Notes under the pieces: generated by a model
Seen by the model: the letters and a program-made list of their open reading frames with translations, nothing else
Database searches by the model: none
What the model was told of the DNA's origin: nothing
Program-made: the position numbers and the translations under genes
Assembly (NCBI GenBank): GCA_964016885.1
Contig: OZ024742.1
Coordinates: forward strand, 246,388,001 to 246,452,000
Length of the DNA stretch: 64,000 nucleotides
Origin: Eledone cirrhosa
Lineage: Eukaryota
Reading direction: 5' to 3'
In this document: positions 13,223 through 25,970 of the stretch, piece by piece
How positions within the stretch are numbered: the stretch's first letter is position 1
Layout: every line of letters starts with the position of its first letter

Positions 13223-13890
13223 TAATAGAATTAGAATTTAGATTCGAGCATAGTTGTATACAGATATGTATCGGAATTTTGTATTTCTAAAGAAATATGG
13301 TAACATTTAGAAAGCAAAAGCACCTGCGGCTATCGCCAACTGGCGGTGTCCAGCAGAAGCAAAGGGGACAATCGTCGATGCATTTTGAACTGAACTAGTT
13401 CTCACCATAACGATCCCTCCCGCTCTTGCAACTGCTGGACTAGAAAACAGGTGAGAATATATAGTTTCTCGTCTGTGTAAATGAGGCGATTAATCTCATT
13501 TGAACACGAGGCTGTATAAGTTGGCTCAACTTATAATAGAATAGAATTAGAATTTAGCCTCGAGCATAGCTGTATACAGATATGTATTGGAATTTCGTAT
13601 TTCTAAAGAAAGCCGTAGCTATGCAAAAACAGCTGCCAATGTTTTCATTGCTATGGCTTTTTAAATGTTTATTTATAAACATACCGTATTTCTTTAGAAA
13701 TACGAAATTCAAATGCATATTTGTATACAGCTATGTTCGAAGCTAAATTCTAATTCTATACAGCTTCATATGCAAATGAGATTAATCACCTTATTTACAC
13801 AGACGAAAAAACTATATATTTTCACCTGTTTTCAAAGTCCAGCAGTTGCAAGAGCGGGAGAGATCGTCATGACGATAACTAGTTGAGTTC
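13223..13890. mobile_element. Old fold-back element with partial tandem copy: direct repeat 13223-13295/13540-13610; inverted arms ~13388-13610/13690-13890
   Basis: For example gctcttgcaactgctggac is mirrored by gtccagcagttgcaagagc, and aatagaattagaattta is repeated. Starts at a TA tract. Confidence 0.65.
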
Positions 13891-14253
13891 TTATTGTTTT
13901 TGCCATTTTATTTGTTGGTCACAGTCACGTGATTGGCCATATAATATAGGCGCCAGAAATGGGTGGTTAGTCGTGGAAAGTTTGTGCCAAACAAAAGATA
14001 ATGGTAAAAAAATGGGAGAGGGAAAATTAGTTCTGGTTCACTGAGTTTGACTGAGGTTTCAACATTCAGACTTTCTACTGAAATAAATTGAATGTTTGTG
14101 TCGATAGTGATGACAGCGGCGATGGTGGTGGTAGGGTATTCTTTTACTATTTTACCTGTTCCAGCCATCCGTGCTTGTGTATGTAGCAAAGTGGTTTATC
14201 GTCTTGATAATAGGAATAAAATTGATTCCATTAATAGAAATGGAAAAGGGCGT

Positions 14254-14354
<101 letters not shown>

Positions 14355-14592
14355 TGGCTAGCATGTTAAGGTGTTAAAATATTAACGTATATTAAACTAT
14401 ATTTGATGCTGGTCTATTTTTTCGTATAAAACAAAGAATTTTCGGAAACGAACTAGATGCGAGACAAACCACAACAGAAACACCAAACCCTCCATCTCAA
14501 TTCTACTTTTGAAAATCATAAGAACTGTGAAACCGGTAACGTAAATAAATAAATATTCTTAAAAGACTTCAGTTGCATTTTTAATTTCTTTT

Positions 14593-14628
<36 letters not shown>

Positions 14629-15240
14629 AGAAGCAAAAAATTGCTTATTGTGATCCAGTTTTTGGTTAAGAAAGCCAGTTTCATGGATGGTTTCAACGTA
14701 CGGTTAGGGGTAACTCCACAAGTTTGTAAGAATTCCGTTCAATCTTGGAGTATAAAGTATAAAAGAGAAAACACAGGTAAGCATTAAGAGATGGATTTTA
14801 TCCAGGTATATACGACCGTTTCATTGGTAAGTGCAACCTTATATTGCTATACTGCAAATAGCAGCCACTCAATTATAATTGTTGTCCACAGTCCAAATTT
14901 TCAAAATAGTAAGTTACTCTTGAAATAATTCTTAATATATAGAGAAAAACATTTATTTGGAATTGTATTTACTAGTATAGAGAGAGAGAGGAATCAGGAG
15001 GTGAGGCGACAAATGGAATAGTATAGAGAGAGAGGAAGGGGGAGAGGTAGGAAGTAGAGTGACAAACTGAGATGGAGGGGTAGAGGTGGAAGGATTCCTT
15101 GGTCAGTTTTGATAGCAGACTTCATGTCGTGGAATGTAGTGAGTTAAAGAGGATTAAATTGATCATAGTGGAAGGGATGGATAGGGAGGGAGAGATAGGG
15201 AGGGGGATATAAAGAGATAAATATATATATATATTTATCT

Positions 15241-15357
15241 TTCCAGCATAGTTACGTCCCTTTACGATCTGAATTCAAATCCCGCTGAGGTTAACTTTGC
15301 CTTTCATCCTTACGGGGTCGATAAAATAAAGTACCAAACAGTAGAAACAATTATTAA
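15241..15357 (+). mobile_element. 5'-truncated tRNA-derived SINE (major family in this window)
   Basis: B-box-like GAATTCAAATCC followed by the core GTTAACTTTGCCTTTCATCCTTACGGGGTCGATAAAATAAAGTACCA shared by more than 12 copies. Confidence 0.8.
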
Positions 15358-15580
15358 TATTCGAAAAACTCAGATTACATTTATGTATATACATATATAT
15401 ATATATGTATATACGTATATACATATATATTGATTTTTAGGTCAACAATCTATGGTGTATTCAATCTATGGTGTTGAAAAAATAAAAGCTTCTTCTTACC
15501 ATATTATATATATACAAAGAGCGTGAACCTAATAAACTTTTATTTGTACTGCCTCTCTATTTTTGTTCCCGTCCAAGTTT

Positions 15581-15653
<73 letters not shown>

Positions 15654-15809
15654 CACTGTACGGCGTAATTCGGGCTGTTTGTTTGTTTACAAACAAACCG
15701 AACATTATAATAAATGTTCGGTAAACCCATACGTACATATATATATGTGTGCATGTATGTATATATATACATACTACTGTACGTCTGTATACATATATGC
15801 ATGTACAGT

Positions 15810-16213
15810 ATTTCTTTAGAACTGCTCGAGTAGCAACCTAGCAGATACCTCAGGTACTGATGGTGATTATCGCTAAATACTGATATTGATTTGATTATCA
15901 ATATTAGTATTATTGGGCACCCACTGAAGAATTATAAGAGCCCACTTGAATAAGTATATGTTGATTTTATACAAGCTTCTGCATAAATTGGTATAATTTC
16001 ACCCAAATTTGTAGGAATCTTATAATGAAACTAGACGTCCGCCCGGGAAGAGATATATTTGATATATCTCATATGAAATAATACAGCCAATTTCCACACA
16101 ATACAATTAGTTAGCACCCCGAACGTTTAATTAGGAATATACTCATTTATTTCCTAATGTTTGTTGAGTGAGTTGGAATTTGGCCGGTGTATCGCTAAAA
16201 GCTTCCTCCGATA

Positions 16214-16217
<4 letters not shown>
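15810..16217 (+). mobile_element. Non-coding HHR element, family E copy 1 (degenerate HHR with long stem II insert)
   Basis: Colinear homolog of 21691-22100. CTGAAGA at 15924, GAAA at 16027, tail hairpin TACTC...GAGTG at 16140-16170; ends in (TA)n. Confidence 0.7.
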
Positions 16218-16250
<33 letters not shown>

Positions 16251-16252
<2 letters not shown>

Positions 16253-16663
16253 AGGTGAGTTTTATTGTAGTACAATAAAGCAATGCAGATATCGGATAAG
16301 AAGCACTCTACAGTTTGTAGGACTGGAGTATACATAATATAAGATCAAAAGATGGTTAAAGGAGTTCCATGTATTTTATTATGCGCATTTCAAAAACAAA
16401 CATCATCATGCAATAATATTTGTGTTTTCATCAGATAAAACAGGAGAACATGATATGAAGGCTAAAAAACACTTGTGGATAGTGCAGTTTTAAATCAACA
16501 TATATGTTGATTTAAAACTGCACTATCCACAAGTGTTTTTTAGCCTTCATATCATGTTCTCCTGTTTTATCTGATGAAAACACAAATATTATTGCATGAT
16601 GATGTTTGTTTTTGAAATGCGCATAATAAAATTCATGGAACTCCTTTAACCATCTTTTGATCT

Positions 16664-16671
<8 letters not shown>
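16251..16671. mobile_element. Fold-back HHR element F: 338-bp near-perfect palindrome (16334-16671) plus a one-sided tail, inserted in (TA)n
   Basis: Apex aacatatatgtt at 16502/3; one arm mismatch seen. Confidence 0.85.
16565..16631 (+). ncRNA. Type I hammerhead ribozyme (mirror copy on minus strand at 16374-16440)
   Basis: ttttat-CTGATGA-stem II-GAAA-tgcgca-TA-ataaaa; palindromic stem III as is typical of PLE HHRs. Confidence 0.85.
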
Positions 16672-16735
<64 letters not shown>

Positions 16736-17220
16736 AAAAGTTCTATTTAAATTGTTGGGATACAACAAGCAAATATTTTTATAACTGATATAAAGCACTC
16801 AACAAATATTTGGAGTAAAAATACGATATTAACAAATGGAAATTATATTTATAAAACCATATTTATTTCATTATACATATTTCAAGGACACCAAGTTAAA
16901 TTATGGTGTGCTTTCATCAGATAAAATATAATATAGAGCAGTTTTATAAATAAATATTGACATACCCTTAAAGAATGCAACCATTACTGTTGGAAGCTCC
17001 CGGATAGTGGAGTGATAACTTTAATTATATTCTTAGGTAAGTTAGTATTGGATATTTTTAAATAAGCCGTTGGGTTACGGAGAAAAAGAAAGAGAAAGAG
17101 CAGAACAACAGAGAGAAAAAGATAGAGAGAGAGAGGAGACAGAGAAAAGGAGAGAGAACGAAACCTCTAGGTCATATCTTGTTGAGTTATCTTAACATTT
17201 GAGATGAAATGAATAAATAA

Positions 17221-17364
17221 AATTAGAAATAAAATTAGAAATAAAATTGGAAATAAAATTAGAAATAAAATTAGAAATAAAATTAGAAATAAAATTAGAA
17301 ATAAAATTAGAAATAAAATTAGAAATAAAATTAGAAATAAAATTAGAAATAAAATTAGAAATAA
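17221..17364 (+). repeat. 12 tandem copies of the 12-mer AATTAGAAATAA at the inversion junction
   Basis: Counted directly; one variant unit (TTGG). Confidence 0.95.
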
Positions 17365-18971
17365 ACTTAGACCTTGGCAGACTTAGCAAAAATATTCTAG
17401 ACAGAATAATACCACAAATTAAGAATTTATCTTATTTAAAATTATGGAAAGGAACTAGTGAAGTTATCGATTGGTTTAAGGAAATTAAATATAACTATAA
17501 TAATAAGTTTATTCAGTTGGATATTGCTAACTATTACTCATCTATCACTCCTAATCTACTGAATAAAGCACTAACTTACGCATTTAAACATACAGACCTA
17601 ACTAGCAATGAAATGCACACTATATTATCGGCACGGAAAACATTAATAGAATTTAATAACCAACTCTGGACTAGGGCAGATAGAAATAATAACTTCGATA
17701 TAACTATGGGATCATCCGATTCCGCTCAGGTAACGGATCTTGTGGGTCTCTTTATAAATAATTCTCTACATAGGAAAATATCTGAGATAACCGGAGGTTT
17801 ATATCGTGACGACATGCTTTTACTTATAGAAAATAATAACTGTGAACTAAATAGAAAAAGAAAACAAATTATACAATTTTTTAATTACCTTAATCTAAAA
17901 GTAGAAATAGAGAATAACCATAAAATAGTTAACTTTCTAGATGTAACACTATATCTTAACACATGTCTTCATTATCCATTTCACAAACTAAATGAGAACT
18001 TAAACTACGTCAATTTTAACTCTAATCACCCCAGATCCGTTAAAAATACTATAGTGAACTCTGTACAGGAACGAATTTCGAGAATTTCAACTAATAAGAA
18101 TATATTTGATGAAAAAGCACATTATTACAACGAAGCATTAGGTAGAGCTGGGTATAGAAATAAAATTAAATACATTGATAATAATAATAATATAACAACT
18201 AACCATAATCGTAACAATTTTAACTATTTTAACAATGTTAACAACTATAATAGAAAACCTTACAATAATTCCGAAAGCGGAAAAAGAAATAGATCTAGGA
18301 ACATATTATGGTTCGCTCCTCCTTTCTCATTAAATATTAAAACCCCTATTGCTAAACTATTTTTTAAAGCTCTTGACAAATGCTTCCCTAGAACACATAG
18401 ATATTACTCAATTTTTAATAGACATACTATAAAATTAACTTATTCTTCCACGAAAAATTTAGCGCAAAATATTAATAGAATTAATAATAGAAATTTAAAA
18501 CCTAACCAAAATACCAATAATAACCCAAGCAATATCCAATTTGATAAATGTAACTGTAGAAATAAATCTAACTGTCCGTTAAATAACAATTGCTTAGCTA
18601 AAAATATAGTATATAATTGTAATGTAAAAACTAATTTAAATTCATTTAATTATGTGGGATCCACTTTCACAGAGTTTAAATCCCGCTTCAATAATCATAA
18701 AAATTCTTTTACAGATCCAAACAAAAAATCTTCAACTTCTCTATCTAACCTATTATGGGACCTCAAACTAAAGAACGTTGAATATTCGCTGATTTAGAAT
18801 ATTATTTCAAAAGCTACTCCTTTTAACTCCTCTTCTGAAAATTGTGATCTTTGTATAGAATAAATATTATTTATATTAAAGACCAAAAATTCCCTGAACC
18901 TAAGGAACAATTTATTCAGTTGCTGTAGACATAGATTAAACTCAACGTTTAAATATAAATTTAAAATATAA
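17365..18971 (+). pseudogene. PLE reverse transcriptase + GIY-YIG endonuclease, N-truncated, two premature stops (18795 TAG, 18861 TAA)
   Basis: FIQLDIANYYSSI, MGSSDSAQVTDLVG, GGLYRDD, NFLDVT, CNCRNKSNCPLNNNC, NIVY...YVG...FKSRFNNH. Past the stops the frame continues CDLCIE*...LNLRNNLFSCCRH. Confidence 0.9.
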
Positions 18972-20487
18972 TATATAATTAATTAATTCTATTAATATAT
19001 TGTACCCGTGGAATCATTTTTTTGACTGCTTATACACTCAAGTAAAAAAAACTTTTCTTCCTAAATATAAATAAATATAATAAACTATTCTAGAGAAATA
19101 TACTGAAAGCTCTTAAAGGGAGAAAATATTTTTTATTTTTTATTATTTTTAATTTTTATTGTTTGATAGTTTCTCCTATTTTCGAAAGTTTATATTTTGA
19201 AAGTTTCTGTTTATTTCTCTTATGGATATAAAATTAAGTTAAATATACGTAGAAAATTTCTATACTAAATCTATTAAACATATTATTATTTTGAAATCAT
19301 AACTTGAAATATTCTATAATATTTTTAAAGTTATATTGTTTTAAAAGTTATATTGCTTATAATTATATTTCCAAATCGTAATATAATTATTTTGTATTTT
19401 ATGTACTTTAATTATACTATGTACTGTATTTATATATACTTCTCTCTCTATATGTGTGTATATATATGTGTGTATATATATGCGTATGATTGTATTGATA
19501 TACATGTACATATGTTTTATGCATGTATGTCTATCTGTATGTATGTATATACGTGATGCGTATCTACCTATTTGTGTGGGTACATATATATATGTATGTA
19601 TATGTAAGAATTGTGTATGTATATGTACGTGTATATCCATACAATTCGATTGCACTTATTTATAGGGATTATCCCAAGATTCGTGACAAATAAACATATA
19701 ATAACAGTCATAAATACATAACAGGTAATCTTATAAAACTTATATAAAAAATTTGTTTAATAACATAAAGTGTGTATAACATAAAATTTCCTTTAATATC
19801 TTAACAATTGTAACATTGATATAACTAAATAACGTAATTTTCCTTCACGCTGCTTTGATATTACATTGAAATAACTTTCTCCGATTTTAAAAGACTCTTA
19901 TATCTTAAATTAAAGAATCCTTTATATTTTGTATGTATATATTATATACGTAGTTAGATATGTATATATATTTTTATACGTGTGTGTATATATATTTATA
20001 TGTATGTATTTTTGCGTCTGTATACGTGTTATATTATATATAGATCTTTAACAATATAGTCTTAATAATAATATATAGATTTCATAATATATAGATCCCA
20101 ATTTTTAATGTATTGATCTCAATATTTAACTGATTAACTAAACATCTAATCATATTTAAACAATGGTTAAATTTCTCATATTATATATGTATATTCCATT
20201 CATGATTATTAACATTTCTAATTTTATTTATTCATTTCATCTCAAATGTTAAGATAACTCAACAAGATATGACCTAGAGGTTTCGTTCACTCTCCTTTTC
20301 TCTGTCTCCTCTCGCTCTCTATCTTTTTCTCTCTGTTGTTCAGCTCTTTCTCTTTCTTTTTCTCCGTAACCCAACGGCTTATTTAAAAATATCCAATACC
20401 AACTTACCTAAGAATATAATTAATGTTATCACTCCACTATCCGGGAGCTTCCAACAGTAATGGTTGCATTATTTAAGGATTATTTAA

Positions 20488-20684
20488 GGGTGGTGGATTG
20501 GCAGTATCGGTAGAGAGTCAGACGCCATGCTTTCCAGCATAGTTACGTCCCTTTACGATCTGAGTTCAAATCCCGCCGAGGTTGACTTTGCCTTTCATCC
20601 TTACGGGGTCGATAAAATAAAGTACCAGTAATGCACTGGGTAATTGCTGGCGTTGTTCCTAAAGTAGAAACAATTATTTAAGGG
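20488..20684 (+). mobile_element. Full-length tRNA-derived SINE inserted into the PLE 3' pLTR, TSD ATTATTTAAGGG
   Basis: A-box-like TGGCAGTATCGG and B-box GAGTTCAAATCC; absent from the inverted pLTR copy. Confidence 0.9.
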
Positions 20685-20722
20685 TATGTCAATATTTATT
20701 TATAAAACTGCTCTATATTATA

Positions 20723-20783
20723 TTTTATCTGATGAAAGCACACCATAATTTAACTTGGTGTCCTTGAAATATGTATAATGAAA
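20723..20783 (+). ncRNA. Type I hammerhead ribozyme in the PLE pLTR (mirror at 16866-16926, minus)
   Basis: ttttat-CTGATGA-aag.acacca/tggtgt.ctt-GAAA-tatgta-TA-atgaaa. Confidence 0.85.
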
Positions 20784-20824
20784 TAAATATGGTTTTATAA
20801 ATATAGTTTCCATTTGTTAATATC

Positions 20825-20864
<40 letters not shown>

Positions 20865-21151
20865 AAAAGAAATTAAAAATGCAGCTGGAGTCTTTTCAGA
20901 ATAATTATATATATATATATATATTTTAAAGGAAGAATCAAACGCGTTTTTTATTCTACAATGAAGAATGAAAAAATGTTTTAAATTCCTAAAGTATTGG
21001 GTTTTAACTTAAAAAAAATTCATGTGTGTGTGTGTGTTTGTGTGCGCACACACACACGTATGTATAGATATGGCTCGATACCCACTCTGCATCTCCCCAT
21101 GCATTAAAGTCCTCCCTTGATTAGTTGTCTACCGGTCTCAGTACCGCAGAC

Positions 21152-21238
<87 letters not shown>

Positions 21239-21283
21239 GTAAGTATGCTAGGGCGAGAAATAAAATTCTAATTTTATTTATAT

Positions 21284-21323
<40 letters not shown>

Positions 21324-21324
21324 T

Positions 21325-21553
21325 TATTTATTAAGGTTTGTTGGTTAACCACTGGATAGAACTGGTCATTCCGTATGGTCAACCTCGATGTAATATTATG
21401 GAGAGCACTCGACGAAATGCAACTCACCCGTCTTCGTTTCTGTTGTTGGTGGTGCGAGTACGGAGTTAATTATTATAAAATTACAGGAGGCTGGACTGGT
21501 GTAATTCCTTAAAAGGTTTATTATACTATGATCATTTCAATGACCGGGTTCAT
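21325..21553 (-). mobile_element. Truncated copy of HHR family J (tail plus 3' half of the ribozyme)
   Basis: Homologous to 25450-25677; breaks off inside stem II. Confidence 0.75.
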
Positions 21554-21690
21554 ATGCGCACATATGAATATTTTTTCATATCCAATTGCGTTCTTAGCAC
21601 GTGGCTTGAATTCTTGTCAGAGTTCAACGACCTGCGCATGTATTGTTTTTGGCGGTAGCCTCCTTCCTCCCATTTTCGGAACAGTGTGAG

Positions 21691-22096
21691 ATTTTCTTTA
21701 GAACTGCTGGACTAACAACCTAACAGCTCCCTCAAAAACTGATGGTGATTATCGCTAGATATTAATGCTGATTTGGTTATCAATATTAATATTATTGTGA
21801 TACCCACTGAAGATTTATAAGTGCCCACTTGAATAAGTATCTGTTGATCTTATACAAGATTCTACATAACTTGGTATATTTTCACCCAACTAGTATAAAT
21901 CTTATAATGAAACGAGTCGTCTGGGAAATTATATATTTGATATATCTCACATGACATAATACAGCCAATTATCCACACAATACAATATAGTTATCACCCC
22001 AAACGTTTAATTGGGAATATACTCAGGTATTTCCTAATGTTTGTTGAGTGAGTTTGAATTTGGCCGGAGTATCGCTATTAGCTTTTTCCGATTATG

Positions 22097-22100
<4 letters not shown>
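21691..22100 (+). mobile_element. Non-coding HHR element, family E copy 2, with an intact HHR at 21803-21925
   Basis: ccca-CTGAAGA-ttataag...(~80 nt)...cttataa-GAAA-cgagtcg-TC-tggg; tail hairpin TACTC...GAGTG at 22020-22050. Confidence 0.8.
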
Positions 22101-22151
<51 letters not shown>

Positions 22152-22155
<4 letters not shown>

Positions 22156-22723
22156 ATGAGAAGAATTGAATACTGCGTGGTTGCAGATGGGTTACATATG
22201 ATAAAAATAGTCCTTCATCAGTGATTTTCCAACCTTCATTGGTATTTCATCGCTTTAAAAATCATATACCTCCAATTGGTGAGAGCAATAGCTAAATAAA
22301 GTAAATCGCGTAAAGCGAGCGAGACAAGTAAACAAACATAGAAGGATAGCAACGCAAAGATAGGAAGAAACAAGCACATAGAGTCCGATCAGCTTAAGCT
22401 GTGTGGATTTCATGGGCGAGAGACAACAGACCGTGCGACGCGAGTGAGGTGTGAGCAAGAAAGGACCCCACTTCAGGCCAAACGGGAGGAAGTGAGAAGG
22501 GGAGAAGCAGAAAGTGAGTGAGTGGAAGTGCGAGAAAGAGGCCAGTCGAGAGAAAGTATAACTGACAGAGGGGGCGAAAGAAGGTGAGAGAAACAGAGAG
22601 AGGGGGAAGCAGTAAGAGAGAAACAGAGAAACGCATTTGGGGAAAATATATATTAAAAACATGAGAAGAATTGAATATTGCGTGGTTGCACATGGGTTAC
22701 ATATGATAAAAATAGTCCTTCAT
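22152..22723 (-). mobile_element. ~505-bp unit with a ~67-bp terminal direct repeat (22152-22218 / 22657-22723) between TA-rich tracts
   Basis: aaacatgagaagaattgaata...aatagtccttcat occurs twice; CTGATGA on the minus strand at the repeat edge; no matching GAAA found. Confidence 0.55.
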
Positions 22724-23023
22724 ATATTTGTACACATATATATGTGTGTACATATACATTTATATATGCATATATATTTATAGGAAAACCAAAGGCTTTA
22801 GGAATTTAAAACATCTTTTATTCATTGTAGAATAAAAAAAGCCTTTGGTTTTTCCTTCGAATATATATTAAATCTCTGTGATGCCTGTTATATTCCAATT
22901 TTTCGGATGTTACTTCCTGAACCTTATATTGGATTTATCTGATTTGCATGATTAATGATCATAACAACACATGGAGCTTCCCAGCATCTTGTTTAGTGAA
23001 AACTAAGTGAATATCTCCATTGA

Positions 23024-23099
<76 letters not shown>

Positions 23100-23159
23100 C
23101 CCTCTCTCTTACATACACACACACACACATACACACATACACACACCTATGTCTCTCTT

Positions 23160-23222
<63 letters not shown>

Positions 23223-23262
23223 TTCACACACACATCACAAATATGTCACTCTCTCTCGCACA

Positions 23263-23826
<564 letters not shown>

Positions 23827-23833
<7 letters not shown>

Positions 23834-24021
23834 TGAGATTCTACAGGACTAGAACTGTTTCATTCTTTAGAAATCATCAGGAATCAGTGATTCCTGATGA
23901 TTTCTAAAGAATGAAACAGTTCTAGTCCTGTAGAATCTCATCTATATTAAAACTTTTATACTCTGCAATGTATTGAGTACCTTACTTACTGTGGTTACCT
24001 CCGATTCAACCCGGAATAACG
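23827..24021. mobile_element. Fold-back HHR element H (palindrome 23827-23947 plus right tail)
   Basis: HHR at 23889-23937 (+): gattc-CTGATGA-stem II-GAAA-cag...ctg-TA-gaatc; mirror at 23837-23885. Tail TACTC...GAGTAC at 23959-23980. Confidence 0.85.
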
Positions 24022-24040
24022 TATATATATATATATATAT

Positions 24041-24624
24041 ATATTGTTATACTTGGGGAGGGTCATATTTGTGTAATATTGCCAGAATTAATAACAGAAC
24101 ACACTCACTGTTTGGTTGGTTTTCGCTTCTCGCTGTCTTTTATATCTGTAATCTAGCTTACTCGGTCCTCAATGTTGCCATTGACTGACCGACGGTCAAA
24201 AATATTACAGATACAATATAGACACAAACACATATATATAGTTTACATAATTTACATAAATCTTTCGTTGCACATCTGGCGTAGACATACAACACAACAG
24301 GAGGAAAATATAACACCACTGACGATGTTGCAGATGTGCAACGAAAGATTTATGTAAATTATGTAAACTATATATATGTGTTTGTGTCTATATTGTATCT
24401 GTATTATTTTTGACCGTCGGTCAGTCAATGGCAACATTGAGGACCGAGTAAGCTAGATTACAGATATAAAAGACAGCGAGAAGCGAAAACCAACCAAACA
24501 GTGAGTGTGTTCTGTTATTAATTCTGGCAATATTACACAAATATGACCCTCCCCAAGTATAACAATATTTGTTTCGACACACGATTTCATATAAAAAACC
24601 TCGCTAAACTAATTCATCGCCGCT
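24041..24624. mobile_element. Fold-back element I (238-bp arms 24041-24278 / 24331-24568, 52-nt loop, right tail)
   Basis: Near-perfect inverted repeat; 3' motif TGACCCTCCC.AAGTATA shared with 28498-28515 and 59671-59688 (minus). Confidence 0.8.
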
Positions 24625-24670
24625 ATATATATATATATATACAGTATATGTATATATATATATATATATA

Positions 24671-25430
24671 GTTAAACTAGGATACTCCTGCGCTAAGAAC
24701 ATCAAGGCCGACATCACCAGCAGCCCTAGGAGAAACACTCACCAGGGTGCTCTTGCCGTAAGCCCGAAGCTTGCCCCCATCAACAGCAATGCAACACACC
24801 AGCTGTAATTTATGAAGTTGTGGTCACTTCCAACCGACCAAACGAACCACAGGAGGTCAAATCCTATGTGGGCATGGCAGAGGGCCGATTTAAGGAACGT
24901 TTCCTGAACCACCAGTCTACCTTCAGATACCCGGACAGACGTTCATCCACGAAACTCGCGAGCCACGTATGGTCCCTCAAGGACTCAAGTATAGACTACT
25001 CCATCCAATGGAAAGCCATCACTAAATCCAAGCCATACGCAAGGGGAAATCCGACGTGTGGCTTATGTATTGACGAACGAATAACTATTCTAGAGAGATT
25101 ACGCAATAGTGATTGCCTAAACACGAGAAATGAATTTTTCACACGTTGTCTACACGTCGCCAAACACCTATTGCATAACTACAAAGCTCCGGACTGATTC
25201 CTTGTAATTTTATTTTCAACTAAAAATTTTCAGACTTTCGCAGTTGTCTCCCTTACACCTCTCACACGCATTCTAGTATTGCCTGTGTGAGGTGACCGGG
25301 TTTCTGTGCATGCGCATTCGTACGGTTGTCCTTCCTGTTCCCATAACCATGCCCATTACGAGCTGAGGATCCGCTAAGGTGAAACAATTGTTCTCGGTAT
25401 GGTGAACTAACTGTTGTGTAACCACTTCTA
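24671..25430 (+). mobile_element. 3' fragment of a second Penelope-like element (GIY-YIG domain, 3'UTR/pLTR with HHR) in (TA)n
   Basis: VKLGYSCAKNI, frameshift, then CSCRKPEACPHQQQC...VIY...YVG...FKERFLNH...CGLCIDER...LNTRNEFFTRCLH (stop at 25197). HHR at 25359-25396: cgag-CTGAGGA-...-GAAA-caattg-TT-ctcg. Confidence 0.88.
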
Positions 25431-25449
25431 TATATATCTATCTATATAT

Positions 25450-25900
25450 TTATTTAGGTTTGTTGATTCACCACCGGATAGAATTGATCATTCCGTATGG
25501 TCAATCTTGATGCAATATTATGGAAAGTACTCAACGTAGTGCAGTTCACCCGTCTTCGTTTGTGTAGTTGGTGGTGCGAATACGGAGTTAATTATTATGA
25601 ATAAAATAACAGGAGGCTGGACTGGTGTAAATCCTTGAAAAGTTTATTATACTATGATCATTTCAATGACCGGGTTCCGTATGAATCCGGTGATATCATC
25701 AGGTATTCGAAATATAACAAAGGAATATATAACAATCCATGGGTCCGTAAATCAGTGACAGAGAGGACGACTGACCAACTAGCTGTTTTCACCTCGGTCA
25801 GTCGCCCTCAAGTGATGGCTATTCGGTCTACTAATGACCATCAGGTGAAGGGGCAAAGGCTTATAGTGTACTACCACCTCTCCGTCAGAGAATATAAAAG

Positions 25901-25970
<70 letters not shown>

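Larger units (their letters stand above)
16731..20828 (+). mobile_element. 5'-truncated Penelope-like element (Naiad-like) with inverted 5' pseudo-LTR (16731-17230) and 3' pseudo-LTR (~20213-20828), in (TA)n
   Basis: RT and GIY-YIG ORF. 16821-17230 is the reverse complement of 20213-20828 minus a SINE insertion. HHR in both pLTRs; TA tracts on both flanks. The clade call rests on recalled motifs (GLYRDD, CxC-x5-CP-x4-C linker). Confidence 0.88.

Noticed and set aside
14624-14945. Additional hammerhead in the TA-flanked segment
   Set aside because: The minus strand has GAAA-cggtcg-TA and a tail hairpin but no recognisable CUGANGA, so it was not called as a ribozyme.
16334-16671. Palindromes as sequencing or amplification fold-back artefacts
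   Set aside because: Arms range from near-identical to clearly diverged, one has a SINE in a single arm, and all share a biologically consistent asymmetry. An artefact is not formally excluded for the most perfect ones without reads.
18548-18971. Selenocysteine recoding in the Naiad-like PLE
   Set aside because: The conserved Cys positions use TGT/TGC, the interrupting stops are TAG and TAA rather than TGA, and no SECIS was evident.
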